Below are positions 1 through 9,315 of a DNA stretch of 64,000 nucleotides, piece after piece. The notes beneath the pieces were generated by a model, which saw only the letters and a program-made list of their open reading frames with translations, did not search any database and was not told the DNA's origin. This stretch comes from Clostridiales bacterium. Lineage in GTDB: Bacteria; Bacteroidota; Bacteroidia; Bacteroidales; Bacteroidaceae. The DNA is taken from contig CAVGTD010000002.1 in the NCBI GenBank assembly GCA_963632215.1, positions 23,755-87,754 on the forward strand, given 5' to 3'. Positions within the stretch are counted from its first letter, which is position 1; the number at the start of each line of letters is the position of its first letter. The translations under genes and the position numbers were made by a program.

Positions 1-109
1 GAACGGACGGCATGGGATTCACGGGGTCTGTCCCTTCGTCGTCAGAACAGGCGGCGAAACCCGTAGCGATGAGCAGCGCAAAGGCTGCGTACTTCAATTC
101 TTTCAGCAT
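1..109 (-). CDS. N-terminus of a lipoprotein, truncated by the window edge; probably a BtuG-like B12-binding surface lipoprotein
   Basis: Hand translation from ATG at 109: MLKELKYAAFALLIATGFAAC-SDDEGTDP. It has a lipobox Cys followed by an acidic export-signal-like stretch and lies directly downstream of btuB. BtuG identity is inferred from context only. Confidence 0.65.
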   Translation of the reverse strand, partial: MLKELKYAAFALLIATGFAACSDDEGTDPVNPMPSV

Positions 110-147
110 AGTTGCGTGTGTTTAAGTTTATGATTGTGGATTGTTTC

Positions 148-2103
148 TCAGAATTCGATTTTTACGCTCACCTTGTAGCTTCGGCCGGGCATGGGGTAGC
201 GGCGTATCACCTCGTAGCGCGTGTTGAAGGCGTTTATAAGGTCGGCGCGCACTTCTGCCTCGATGCCTTTCGATAGTCTGACCCGTCTGAACGCCGCCAT
301 GCCCCACTCCTCGTAGGCTGGCAAACTGGTGGTGGGCAGGTGGTTGTTGGTACTCCATCTCATCGAGGCGAAAGTAGTGTGCGCCACGAGCGAAAGCCAA
401 GGGTTGAGCCACGTCAGCGACGCTGCCCCGCTGTGTAGCGGCGTGTAGGCCAGTTGTTTGTGCCACGAGCTTTCCTGCGGCGAGGTGTAGTCGCGGCATT
501 GCTGCCACGAGTAGTTAGCGGCGAGCAGTATGCTGTGCTTGCGTGCCGGTTGCCATTTGCTTTGAAGCGTCAGGTCCAGGCCCAGCGTGCGCACGTCGCC
601 CATGTTGACCGTTTTCCAGACGAAAAGGTTGTAGGGGATGGACACAATGCGGTCGCTAACCCGGTTGCGGTAGACGTCGGCCGTCAGAGCGAGCGTGTTC
701 CACCACTTAGCCACGCTGGCTTGCAGCGTCAGGCCGGCCGAGAGCTGCCGTGTGAGTTCGGGCAGCAGGGTTTTCGAGCCGAGGTGGTAGTAGTAGCTTT
801 CCGTGAACGTGGGCATACGGAACGCCTCCTTATAGCCAGCCCGAAGGGTGAGCAGGAAGGGCTTGCGCACGGCCGTTACCGAGGCTGTGAACGAGGGGGT
901 GAGTTTTTTTGCGTCGCGCGCCGAGCCGCCGCCCTCCATGCCGTTCCAATATTGGTGGCAGATGCCGCGGGCGGTCAGTTGCAGCCAGTCTGTGCGGTAG
1001 CCCAGCGTAAGGCTTTGCAGCCACGTCTGCCTTTCGGTGCGGCGGTCGGTCGATACGTTACTGTTCTGTGAGGTATAGGCAAAGTCGGTGGCGTAGGCGG
1101 CCTGCAAGCCGGGCGAAATATCGTACGACGCTCCTGCGGAGGCGTACGTCTCGCGCTGCCAGTAGTGCTGGCTGTTCACTCCGCCGGGGTACTGCTTGTC
1201 GTAGTTGTCGTACTGGCTCGTTTGCCAGTTGTGCTTGGCGGCGGCAAAGAGGCGCAACGAGCCCGTTTGCCCCCTCCACTGCACTTGCGCAAAGGCGTTC
1301 TCTTCGAGCAGCCGCTCGTTGTTCTCGTTTACGTAGTAAAGCACCATGCCGGGCAGGTGGCGGTAGTTGTGCGCAAAGTATATTTTGGCGTTCAGTTCGC
1401 CGTTGCGCTCTCCGCTCCCGTAGCGGTGGCGCAGGTTGCCCTCGGCCGTCACGTTTTGCATGCGTGTGTTCGTCCGGCGCAGGTGTTGCGAGGCTGCGCC
1501 GTTCTCTACTACGAAAGGATAGTCGTTGTGGGCGAAAAAATAGTCCGTGCTGGTGTTTATGAGTGTGCTTTTAGCCACCCGTTTGCTCACGAACACCGAG
1601 GGTGCGTACGTGCCGAACGAGGCTTGGCGCAGGGTGGCCGAGCCGTGCCAGCGGGTGTCGTTTTTTTCGTTCCACGGCGTGCAGAGGCTCACCACGGCCG
1701 CCGCCGCATTGCGCACGGGGCAGAGAAGCGAGCCGCCTTCGAGTGTTTGCAGTTCAATGCTGCCGAGGCGGTCAATGCTGAACTGTCCGAGGTCGATTTG
1801 CCCCTGACGAGTGTCGTTCACGCTAAGCCCGTCGTAGGTCACGGCTGTGTGGCCTGCGCCCAAGCCGCGCACGCTCACCGTTTTCAGTCCGCCCGCTCCG
1901 CCGTAGTCGCGCAGGTTCACGCCCGAGAAGCGGCGCAGGGCGTCGCCCGTGTCGGTGATGCCACGCAGCACAATGTCGGCTGAGTCGATGCGCTGCACGG
2001 GTACGGCGGTGGCTATGCCGGCCACGCGGCGCGCAGCCGTCACCTCGGCAGTTCCTAATGAGTCGGGATGCACAGGTGCAAACAGGCACATCCCCATGAG
2101 CAT
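148..2103 (-). CDS. btuB: TonB-dependent outer-membrane receptor, BtuB-like (vitamin B12)
   Basis: Plug motif DYGGAGGLKTVSVRGLG and a C-terminal PGRSYKVSVKIEF. It lies downstream of a cobalamin riboswitch. The listed ORF start (2400) runs through the riboswitch, so the start is placed at ATG 2103 (approximate). Confidence 0.85.
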   Translation of the reverse strand: MLMGMCLFAPVHPDSLGTAEVTAARRVAGIATAVPVQRIDSADIVLRGITDTGDALRRFSGVNLRDYGGAGGLKTVSVRGLGAGHTAVTYDGLSVNDTRQGQIDLGQFSIDRLGSIELQTLEGGSLLCPVRNAAAAVVSLCTPWNEKNDTRWHGSATLRQASFGTYAPSVFVSKRVAKSTLINTSTDYFFAHNDYPFVVENGAASQHLRRTNTRMQNVTAEGNLRHRYGSGERNGELNAKIYFAHNYRHLPGMVLYYVNENNERLLEENAFAQVQWRGQTGSLRLFAAAKHNWQTSQYDNYDKQYPGGVNSQHYWQRETYASAGASYDISPGLQAAYATDFAYTSQNSNVSTDRRTERQTWLQSLTLGYRTDWLQLTARGICHQYWNGMEGGGSARDAKKLTPSFTASVTAVRKPFLLTLRAGYKEAFRMPTFTESYYYHLGSKTLLPELTRQLSAGLTLQASVAKWWNTLALTADVYRNRVSDRIVSIPYNLFVWKTVNMGDVRTLGLDLTLQSKWQPARKHSILLAANYSWQQCRDYTSPQESSWHKQLAYTPLHSGAASLTWLNPWLSLVAHTTFASMRWSTNNHLPTTSLPAYEEWGMAAFRRVRLSKGIEAEVRADLINAFNTRYEVIRRYPMPGRSYKVSVKIEF

Positions 2104-2267
2104 AGATAGCACGGGGGCGTTTTTTGACGTTATGTATGACGGGTGGTGGAAAGGGGCTTGTGTGCGATTTGTCGTTGCGCATTTTGCCTCTTCGGCCCGG
2201 CTTCCCCTCCTCGGGGGCGTGTCCGGGCGTTCCGCGGCCGGGCTCATGTGCCTCGGGCTGTGGGCTA

Positions 2268-2420
2268 TGCGGCAGGTATTCTGGCTTGTCCCCCGGCGGC
2301 CGCCTTCCCGGTTCGCAGTCGTGTTGCTCCGAACCAGTGGCCAATGTGGCGCGCCGAGATAGAATGGACATACAGCAGCGGGACTGCACAGGAGTCGCAC
2401 CTGTTTCCCTTATCCGCATG
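2268..2420 (-). ncRNA. Cobalamin riboswitch
   Basis: Minus strand reads AAGGGAAacaGGTGcgacTCCtgtgcagtCCCgctgCTGTA ... GCCACTGG ... GGGAAGGC ... AAGCCAGAATACCTGCC, which are the canonical B12-element motifs, upstream of a TonB receptor. Confidence 0.93.
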
Positions 2421-2426
2421 CAAGTG

Positions 2427-2434
2427 CAAAGGTA
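2427..2434 (-). promoter_or_regulatory. Bacteroidetes -7 promoter box (TACCTTTG) for the riboswitch/btuB transcript
   Basis: Exact TAnnTTTG match immediately 5' of the riboswitch. Confidence 0.7.
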
Positions 2435-2532
2435 TAGCTAAAAATTTGTTGAGGCGGCAGCTGCCGCAAAGTTTGTGCCGGTTGCCGCCCCGTCGTTTGC
2501 CGGATTTTCTTCGAAAGAAAGTAGGCAAAATT

Positions 2533-2645
2533 CCCCGACATTTTGCCGTACACCGTACGGGCGACGCTCGTCGGGCGTACGGGTTGCGTGTGTCAGCCGT
2601 ATGCCCTACACACGCAGCCCGTACGGCGTACGCCAATTTCAAGGG
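2533..2645. repeat. Intergenic 22-bp-period CGTA element, copy A
   Basis: CGTA cores at 2554, 2576, 2598 and 2620. The end repeat TTGCCGTACACCGTACGGG matches the reverse complement of the other end at 17/19. Confidence 0.8.
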
Positions 2646-2686
2646 AGTTTGCGCCGACTTTGTAGCGTTGAAAGACCTGTAAAACG

Positions 2687-2736
2687 GGACATCTCGCTTT
2701 CAGCACGCCGTGGCGTTGGCTGAAAGCGAGATGTCC
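2687..2736. terminator. Long hairpin, probable rlpA terminator
   Basis: Perfect 18-bp stem GGACATCTCGCTTTCAGC/GCTGAAAGCGAGATGTCC, flanked by A and T runs. Confidence 0.75.
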
Positions 2737-2829
2737 GTATTTTGATTCCGTTTGAGTGTCAGGCTGCGCAGGGTGTCCGCCTCATGGCGTGCCTTGCGCC
2801 CGATGGCTTGCCCGGGGGCGGGCAGTTTG

Positions 2830-3438
2830 TCAGTTAGCCTGTTTCTTGCCGGATTGGTTCGTGAGGTTTTTGGCCGTGAGTTTTGTGCCGAGGATGTGGT
2901 AGCGGGGCTGCTGCTTCTTGCGCAGTTCGGCCATGTGCTGCTGGCGTGCTTTCTCGCCGCGCTGTTTCCATTCCTCCATGGTGTAGTACTGGCCCGTAGC
3001 CGGGTCGAGGTATTTGATTTCGGGCAGGCCGAGCGTCTCTTCCATGCCGGCGGAGCCTTCTTGCTTGTTCTGAGAGCCCACTTGCTCCACGGTGACAGAC
3101 GCTACGCCCGAGCTGACCATGCCGAGTTCGCGTGCGGCGGCCATTGAGAGGTCAACCACGCGTCCTTTGATGAACGGGCCGCGGTCGTTCACCTTTACCA
3201 CCACTTCCTTGCCGTTGGCCTTGTTGGTCACTTTGAGCAGCGTGCCGAAAGGGAGCGTGCGGTGAGCGCAGGTGAGGGAATCTTTGTGATAGCGCGAGCC
3301 GTCGCTAACGCGTCGGCCGTGCAGACTGTTGCTGTAATAGGATGCTTTGCCCTGCGACTGCGCGCTGAGCGAAAGCGTAGATAGGGTGAATAACGCTAAG
3401 ATTGATGCTAATGTAAGAAATGCTTTCGTTAATTTCAT
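2830..3438 (-). CDS. rlpA: Septal ring lytic transglycosylase, RlpA family
   Basis: Signal peptide followed by GKASYY, TCAHRTLPFGT, VKVNDRGPF and VDLSMAAA (DPBB RlpA motifs). Confidence 0.92.
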   Translation of the reverse strand: MKLTKAFLTLASILALFTLSTLSLSAQSQGKASYYSNSLHGRRVSDGSRYHKDSLTCAHRTLPFGTLLKVTNKANGKEVVVKVNDRGPFIKGRVVDLSMAAARELGMVSSGVASVTVEQVGSQNKQEGSAGMEETLGLPEIKYLDPATGQYYTMEEWKQRGEKARQQHMAELRKKQQPRYHILGTKLTAKNLTNQSGKKQAN

Positions 3439-3439
3439 T

Positions 3440-3685
3440 TTGTTCTATTTGCCACGAGGACCGTTGCGGCGGTGCCGAACGAGGTTCGGCATAAGAAAAA
3501 CGCAGTTTAGCCACACTGCTTTCGTGCCTTGTTGAACGGAATCAAAACAATAAATATTCAACAACGGATGCACTATGGGATTGGCTTACTCTGCATACGA
3601 AGAGAGTAAGTTCGCCGTTTCCCGAACAAGCCCGAAAGGCTCTCGAAGAAGGGGAAACGGTGTCCGCCTCGTGAGGTTTACGGTT
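3440..3685 (-). ncRNA. Candidate structured 5' leader RNA of rlpA (unassigned family)
   Basis: Five hairpin arms plus a small sixth hairpin, enclosed by CACGAGG/CCTCGTG pairing. It lies between a -7 box (3687-3694) and the rlpA ATG. Confidence 0.5.
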
Positions 3686-3686
3686 G

Positions 3687-3694
3687 CAAAGGTA
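3687..3694 (-). promoter_or_regulatory. -7 box (TACCTTTG) for the rlpA leader
   Basis: TAnnTTTG consensus on the minus strand. Confidence 0.6.
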
Positions 3695-3936
3695 AGCATT
3701 CTTGCCGGAACTGAAAAGCATTACCACGTGATTATCAGCACTTTAACATTTTCGCACAATCCTTTTGACAGCCCGAAACGCCCTGTCTCAGCCGCCGCTC
3801 CGCCGCATGGGGCGGAAAATTCGCCTTGCCGTTTTAACAGGGGAAAAGGGGGTGAAACAACGGCTGGGAAGTTGCCCGGAGAACGCGGCGGCGAGGCGAA
3901 ACGGGCGGGTATCTATGCATTATGCACAAAAATATC

Positions 3937-3944
3937 TACCTTTG
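3937..3944 (+). promoter_or_regulatory. -7 box (TACCTTTG) upstream of the type-B CTD gene/uvrA
   Basis: Consensus match about 80 bp before ATG 4025. Confidence 0.55.
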
Positions 3945-4024
3945 CCTTTCCAACGAAAGAAGGCCGTCCCCCGGCGTTGATGAGGGCGCGCCCCGTTGGA
4001 CAACCACCCAAAAACCATTCGGAA

Positions 4025-4711
4025 ATGAACATAATGCGCGCGCTTCTTCTTGTGTGGCTGCTCGTTGCCGTAACGCCCGTGCGCTCGCAGACGGCCAGCC
4101 CCACCATGACCTACGTCACCGCCGACGGACAGGAGGAGACCGCCGACAGCTACGACGGGTCGGCACCGCTCAAAGCCTCGTTCAAGGCCAACCCCGAGAA
4201 CGTGGGCGACTATACTCCCCTCTACGAGTGGCGGTTTACGCGCGAAAACGAAAGCAGCCCCTTTCTCGTGCGCTACGACGAGGACACCGATTACGAGTTT
4301 GCCCAGACCGGCTCGTTCCAGATAGAGTTGTGCATCAGTTTTGTACAGGGCAACGACACCATCCTCTACGAAATGGACCAGCCCTTCGCCGTGAACATCA
4401 GCGAATCGAAGCTCGAAGTGCCCAACGCCTTTACCCCAAACGGCGACGGCGTGAATGACGTGTTCCGCGTGAAAGAAGGCTACCAGAGCATCGTGGAGTT
4501 CAAGGCAATGGTGTTCGACCGCTGGGGCAAGAAACTCTATGAGTGGACCGACATTGACGGAGGCTGGGACGGGCGTGCCAACGGGCATGCCGTACCCGAC
4601 GGCGGCTACTACCTCAACTTGCAGGCTCGGGGAGCTGACGGAAAGAAGTACAACATTAAGAAGGTAATCAACGTGCTGCACGCCTACACCGAGAGCGGCA
4701 GCGCGCAATAG
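4025..4711 (+). CDS. T9SS type-B C-terminal-domain ('gliding motility-associated CTD') protein
   Basis: Signal peptide MNIMRALLLVWLLVAVTPVRS, then VPNAFTPNGDGVNDVF...VFDRWGKKLY...GWDG...PDGGYY (type-B CTD). Start moved from 3575 to ATG 4025. Confidence 0.85.
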   Translation: MNIMRALLLVWLLVAVTPVRSQTASPTMTYVTADGQEETADSYDGSAPLKASFKANPENVGDYTPLYEWRFTRENESSPFLVRYDEDTDYEFAQTGSFQIELCISFVQGNDTILYEMDQPFAVNISESKLEVPNAFTPNGDGVNDVFRVKEGYQSIVEFKAMVFDRWGKKLYEWTDIDGGWDGRANGHAVPDGGYYLNLQARGADGKKYNIKKVINVLHAYTESGSAQ

Positions 4712-4734
4712 CGGAGAAAAACAGCACAGACACA

Positions 4735-7584
4735 ATGGCTGAAGAACAAATACAGATATACGGAGCGAGGGTGCACAACCTGAAAAACGTGGACGTGACG
4801 CTGCCGCGCAACAGTCTGACGGTGATTACGGGACTGAGCGGTTCGGGCAAGTCGTCGCTGGCGTTCGACACCCTCTACGCCGAAGGGCAGCGACGCTATA
4901 TTGAGACGTTCTCGGCCTATGCGCGCAATTTTCTCGACAACCTTGAACGGCCCGACGTGGACAAGATAACAGGTCTCAGCCCCGTCATCAGCATTGAGCA
5001 GAAAACGACCAACAAAAACCCGCGTTCCACCGTGGGTACCGTCACCGAGATATACGACTTTCTGCGTTTGCTCTTCGCCCGTGCCGGTGAGGCCTATTCC
5101 TACGTCACCGGCGAGAAAATGGTGAAATACACCGAGGAACGCATCGTTGAAACCATCCTCTCCTCCTACAACGAACACAAGGTTTACCTGCTTGCCCCCC
5201 TGGTGCGCTCGCGCAAGGGCCACTACCGCGAACTCTTTGAGTCGGTGCGCAAGAAAGGTTTTCTCACTGTACGCGTTGACGGCGAGCTGCTCGAGGTGAA
5301 GCCCGGCATGAAGGTGGACCGCTACCGCAACCACGACATTGAGGTGGTTGTGGAAAAACTCCTCGTCAGGCAAAAGGACGAAGAGCGGCTCAAGAAGAGC
5401 GTAGCGCAGACACTGGCGCAGGGCGACGGCATGATGATGATTCTCGACGCTGCCGACGGCAGCACCCGTTTCCTCTCGCGCCACTTGATGGATGCCGCCT
5501 CGGGCATATCGTATCGTGAGCCGGCTCCCCACAACTTCTCGTTCAACTCCGCGCAGGGCGCATGCCCCAAGTGCAAGGGGTTGGGCTTTGTCAGCGTCAT
5601 TGACCGCGAAAAGGTAATTCCCGATGACACACTGTCTATACGCGACGGCGGACTTGCGCCGCTCGGAAAGGCGCGCAACGCGCTTATTTTCTGGGAAATC
5701 GAAGCCCTGCTCGCTGACTACGACGCCGACCTACGCACCCCCATACGCGACCTGCCGCAGGAGGCACTCGACGAAATATTCAACGGACGTACCGAACGCT
5801 TGCGCATACCCGCAAAACTCTCGCACACCACCGACGACCTCTATATGCAGTTCGACGGTCTGTCGAAGTACATCCAGCATATGGCCGACGTGGAGATGAC
5901 CGCCGCCGCGCAGCGTTGGGCTGAGCAGTTCTCAAAGACGGCCGTCTGCCCCGAATGCCACGGCGACCGCCTCAACAAGGAGGCCCGCTCGTACCGCTTC
6001 GCCGGGAAAACAATTGCCGAGCTGGGGCGCATGGACATCTCCGAGCTTTACGCCTTTCTGTCCTCGTGCGAGGACAGTCTGCCCAAGAAACAGCAAGCCA
6101 TAGCGCACGAGATACTCAAAGAGTTGCTCTCGCGCCTGAAATTCCTGCTCGACGTAGGACTCGACTACCTCTCGCTCTCGCGTTCGTCCATGACGCTCTC
6201 GGGCGGCGAGAGCCAGCGCATACGTCTGGCCACGCAGATAGGCTCGCAGCTTGTCAATGTGCTTTACATCCTCGACGAGCCGAGCATCGGGCTGCATCAG
6301 CGCGACAACGTGCGCCTCATCAATTCGCTCAAAGAACTGCGCGACCTGGGAAACTCCGTCGTCGTGGTAGAACACGACAAAGACATGATGCTCGCCGCCG
6401 ACTATGTGGTCGACATGGGACCGCGCGCCGGACGGCTCGGAGGCGAGGTGGTGTTTGAGGGAACTCCTGCCGAAATGCTCTGCAGGGAAACACTCACCGC
6501 CAACTACCTTAACGGCAAGCTCAGTATACCCGTACCCGCCGAACGGCGCAAGGGAAACGGCCGCACACTGCGCATTGTGGGGGCGAAGGGCAACAACCTG
6601 AAAAACGTGACGGTGGACTTCCCCCTCGGCACGCTGACGTGCGTGACGGGCGTTTCGGGAAGCGGAAAAAGCACCCTTGTCAACGACACCCTGCTGCCCA
6701 TCCTCTCGCAACACTTCTACCGTTCCTTGCAAGCCCCCTTGGAATACGAAAAAATTGTGGGGTTGGAACACGTGGACAAGGTGGTCGCCGTAGACCAAAG
6801 CCCTCTGGGACGCACCCCGCGTTCCAACCCCGCCACCTACACGGGCGTTTTCTCCGACATACGCTCGCTCTTTGTCAACCTGCCCGAAGCCAAGATGCGC
6901 GGCTACAAGCCGGGGCGGTTCAGCTTCAACGTAAAGGGCGGACGTTGCGAAACGTGCAAGGGCAACGGATATAAAACCATCGAGATGAACTTTCTGCCCG
7001 ACGTGTTCGTGCCTTGCGAGGCCTGCCACGGAAAGCGTTACAACCACGAGACGCTCGAGGTGCGCTTCAAGGGAAAGAGCATCTCCGACGTGCTGGACAT
7101 GACCATCAACCAGGCGGTGGAGTTCTTCGAGAACGTGCCGCACATACTGCACAAAATAAAGGTGTTGCAGGACGTGGGACTTGGCTATATCAAACTCGGG
7201 CAGAGTTCCACCACGCTCTCGGGCGGCGAGAGCCAGCGCGTAAAGCTGGCCACCGAACTCTCGAAGCGCGATACGGGCAACACCGTCTACATACTCGACG
7301 AGCCAACCACGGGCCTGCACTTCGAGGACATCCGCGTGCTGCTCGAAGCTTTGCAAAAACTCGTGGAGCGCGGCAACACCGTTATTGTCATTGAACACAA
7401 CCTCGACGTGATAAAAGTGGCCGACTACCTCATCGACATGGGGCCCGAAGGCGGCCGCGGCGGCGGGCAGCTCCTCTTCGAAGGCACGCCCGAGGACTTG
7501 GTGAAGAGCCAAAAGGGCTACACGTGGAAATTTCTGAAAGAAGAACTTGCCGCAGCGCAAACTCCAAAGGAGAAACAACAATAA
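4735..7584 (+). CDS. uvrA: Excinuclease ABC subunit A
   Basis: GARVHNLKNV, two Walker A motifs (GLSGSGKSS, GVSGSGKST), LSGGESQR twice, and zinc fingers. Confidence 0.97.
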   Translation: MAEEQIQIYGARVHNLKNVDVTLPRNSLTVITGLSGSGKSSLAFDTLYAEGQRRYIETFSAYARNFLDNLERPDVDKITGLSPVISIEQKTTNKNPRSTVGTVTEIYDFLRLLFARAGEAYSYVTGEKMVKYTEERIVETILSSYNEHKVYLLAPLVRSRKGHYRELFESVRKKGFLTVRVDGELLEVKPGMKVDRYRNHDIEVVVEKLLVRQKDEERLKKSVAQTLAQGDGMMMILDAADGSTRFLSRHLMDAASGISYREPAPHNFSFNSAQGACPKCKGLGFVSVIDREKVIPDDTLSIRDGGLAPLGKARNALIFWEIEALLADYDADLRTPIRDLPQEALDEIFNGRTERLRIPAKLSHTTDDLYMQFDGLSKYIQHMADVEMTAAAQRWAEQFSKTAVCPECHGDRLNKEARSYRFAGKTIAELGRMDISELYAFLSSCEDSLPKKQQAIAHEILKELLSRLKFLLDVGLDYLSLSRSSMTLSGGESQRIRLATQIGSQLVNVLYILDEPSIGLHQRDNVRLINSLKELRDLGNSVVVVEHDKDMMLAADYVVDMGPRAGRLGGEVVFEGTPAEMLCRETLTANYLNGKLSIPVPAERRKGNGRTLRIVGAKGNNLKNVTVDFPLGTLTCVTGVSGSGKSTLVNDTLLPILSQHFYRSLQAPLEYEKIVGLEHVDKVVAVDQSPLGRTPRSNPATYTGVFSDIRSLFVNLPEAKMRGYKPGRFSFNVKGGRCETCKGNGYKTIEMNFLPDVFVPCEACHGKRYNHETLEVRFKGKSISDVLDMTINQAVEFFENVPHILHKIKVLQDVGLGYIKLGQSSTTLSGGESQRVKLATELSKRDTGNTVYILDEPTTGLHFEDIRVLLEALQKLVERGNTVIVIEHNLDVIKVADYLIDMGPEGGRGGGQLLFEGTPEDLVKSQKGYTWKFLKEELAAAQTPKEKQQ

Positions 7585-7604
7585 CAAACAATACACTACA
7601 CATT

Positions 7605-9122
7605 ATGTTCGAAAACCAACCGAAAGGTCTCTGGACCTTGGCCTTGGCCAACACGGGCGAACGCTTCGGCTACTACACCATGCTAGCCGTCTTTGCCCTC
7701 TTCCTCGGTGAGAACTTCGGTTTCGCCGCCGGCATGGCGTCCGAAATCTACACGTGGTTCCTCACCGCAGTCTACTTTCTCCCCCTCTTCGGCGGCATGG
7801 CAGCCGACAAATGGGGCTATAACAAGATGGTAATTCTGGGCATCAGCATCATGTTCCTCGGTTACCTTCTCCTCTCCGTACCCCTCGGCAACGGAGCAGT
7901 TGCCATTGCTGCCATGGGAGCCGCACTCCTGCTCGTGAGCCTCGGCACAGGGTTCTTCAAAGGCAACCTGCAGGTGATGGTCGGCGACCTCTACAACGAC
8001 CCCAAGTACGCCAACCAGCGCGACTCTGGTTTCTCTCTCTTCTACATGGCCATCAACATCGGTGCGCTCTTCGCCCCCACCGCAGCCACGAAGATTATGG
8101 AATGGGCGCAGAACAGCCTGCACTACACCAAGGCCGACTCCTACCACTTCGCATTCGCCGTGGCTTGTGCTTCGGTCATCGTGTCCATACTCATCTACTT
8201 CCTCGGTAAGAGTACCTACCAGCAGGTTCTTACCACCAACGACAAGAAGGAGAAGGGAACTGCCGAAGCTGAAGCTGAGGAAATGAGTCCCGCCGAAACA
8301 AAGGAGCGCATTGTCTGTCTCAGCCTTGTGTTCGCCGTAGTTATCTTCTTCTGGATGGCATTCCACCAGAACGGACTTACGCTGACATGGTTTGCCGACG
8401 AATTCACGGCACGCAGTGCCACGGGCATTACGGGTATGGAATTCAACGTGCTGAACCTCGTGTGGTGCATCTTCATGGTGTTCGGCATCTGCGGTCTTCT
8501 CTCCTCTGGCAAAGGTTCTTCCGTCGCCAGCAAACTCACGAATGTTGCGCTCATCGTAGTACCTGCCGCCATCCTCGTGTGGACGTACTTCACGAGTGGC
8601 TCTGAGACAGTGACAATCGACGCACCCATCTTCCAGCAGTTTAACCCCTGCTTTGTCGTAGCCCTCACCCCCGTGAGCATCGCTCTCTTCGGCTGGCTTG
8701 GACGCATCGGCAAGGAACCGAAAGCCCCTGTGAAAATTGGTCTCGGTATGCTCGTAGCCGCCGGTGCTTATCTCCTTATGACAGTCTCAAGCATCGGGCT
8801 TCCCGCTACCAACCATCCCAACCACGTGGCTGACGTGACCCCCAACCTTCTCGTCTCCACCTATCTCATCCTCACCTTCGCCGAACTTCTCCTCTCCCCC
8901 ATCGGCATCTCCTTCGTATCGAAGGTTGCTCCCCCGAAGTATAAGGGTATGATTATGGGTGGATGGTTTGTAGCCACTGCACTCGGCAACAAACTCGTGT
9001 CCATCCCTGGCCACATGTGGGACATGCCCCTTCCCGTTGTATGGGGAACACTCATGGTCATCTGCCTCGTAGCTGCCCTCTTCATCTTCAGCATCATCAA
9101 GAAGCTCACTCGCGTGAGCTAA
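7605..9122 (+). CDS. POT/PTR family di/tripeptide:H+ symporter (MFS)
   Basis: GERFGYY motif, FSLFYMAINIGA and multiple TM segments. Start set at MFENQPK (7605). Confidence 0.9.
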   Translation: MFENQPKGLWTLALANTGERFGYYTMLAVFALFLGENFGFAAGMASEIYTWFLTAVYFLPLFGGMAADKWGYNKMVILGISIMFLGYLLLSVPLGNGAVAIAAMGAALLLVSLGTGFFKGNLQVMVGDLYNDPKYANQRDSGFSLFYMAINIGALFAPTAATKIMEWAQNSLHYTKADSYHFAFAVACASVIVSILIYFLGKSTYQQVLTTNDKKEKGTAEAEAEEMSPAETKERIVCLSLVFAVVIFFWMAFHQNGLTLTWFADEFTARSATGITGMEFNVLNLVWCIFMVFGICGLLSSGKGSSVASKLTNVALIVVPAAILVWTYFTSGSETVTIDAPIFQQFNPCFVVALTPVSIALFGWLGRIGKEPKAPVKIGLGMLVAAGAYLLMTVSSIGLPATNHPNHVADVTPNLLVSTYLILTFAELLLSPIGISFVSKVAPPKYKGMIMGGWFVATALGNKLVSIPGHMWDMPLPVVWGTLMVICLVAALFIFSIIKKLTRVS

Positions 9123-9140
9123 CCCACGCCTTCACCGCGT

Positions 9141-9208
9141 AAAGTGCGTTCCCCCGTCCGTCTTGGCAAGCACCGCTTGGCTGGACAAAATACGGGGGGA
9201 CGCACTTT
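9141..9208 (+). terminator. Hairpin after the peptide transporter
   Basis: AAAGTGCGTTCCCCCGT ... ACGGGGGGACGCACTTT inverted repeat. Confidence 0.6.
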
Positions 9209-9264
9209 GCCGTATGACGGACTTTGCCGCCCGTCTTAGCAAATCAAAAACTTTGTAGATAGGT

Positions 9265-9295
9265 TTTGCCTATTTATTGTGTTGAAGTACTTTTG
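9265..9295 (+). promoter_or_regulatory. topA promoter (-33 TTTG, 19-bp spacer, -7 TACTTTTG)
   Basis: Full Bacteroidetes sigma-A consensus with canonical spacing. Confidence 0.7.
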
Positions 9296-9315
9296 CACCA
9301 CAAAAACAAGAAGTT

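Noticed and set aside
2104..2400. N-terminal extension of the btuB ORF
   Set aside because: It overlaps the cobalamin riboswitch and is not signal-peptide-like.
3575..4024. 150-aa N-terminal extension of the type-B CTD ORF
   Set aside because: It crosses divergent promoters and the rlpA leader; the signal peptide begins at 4025.
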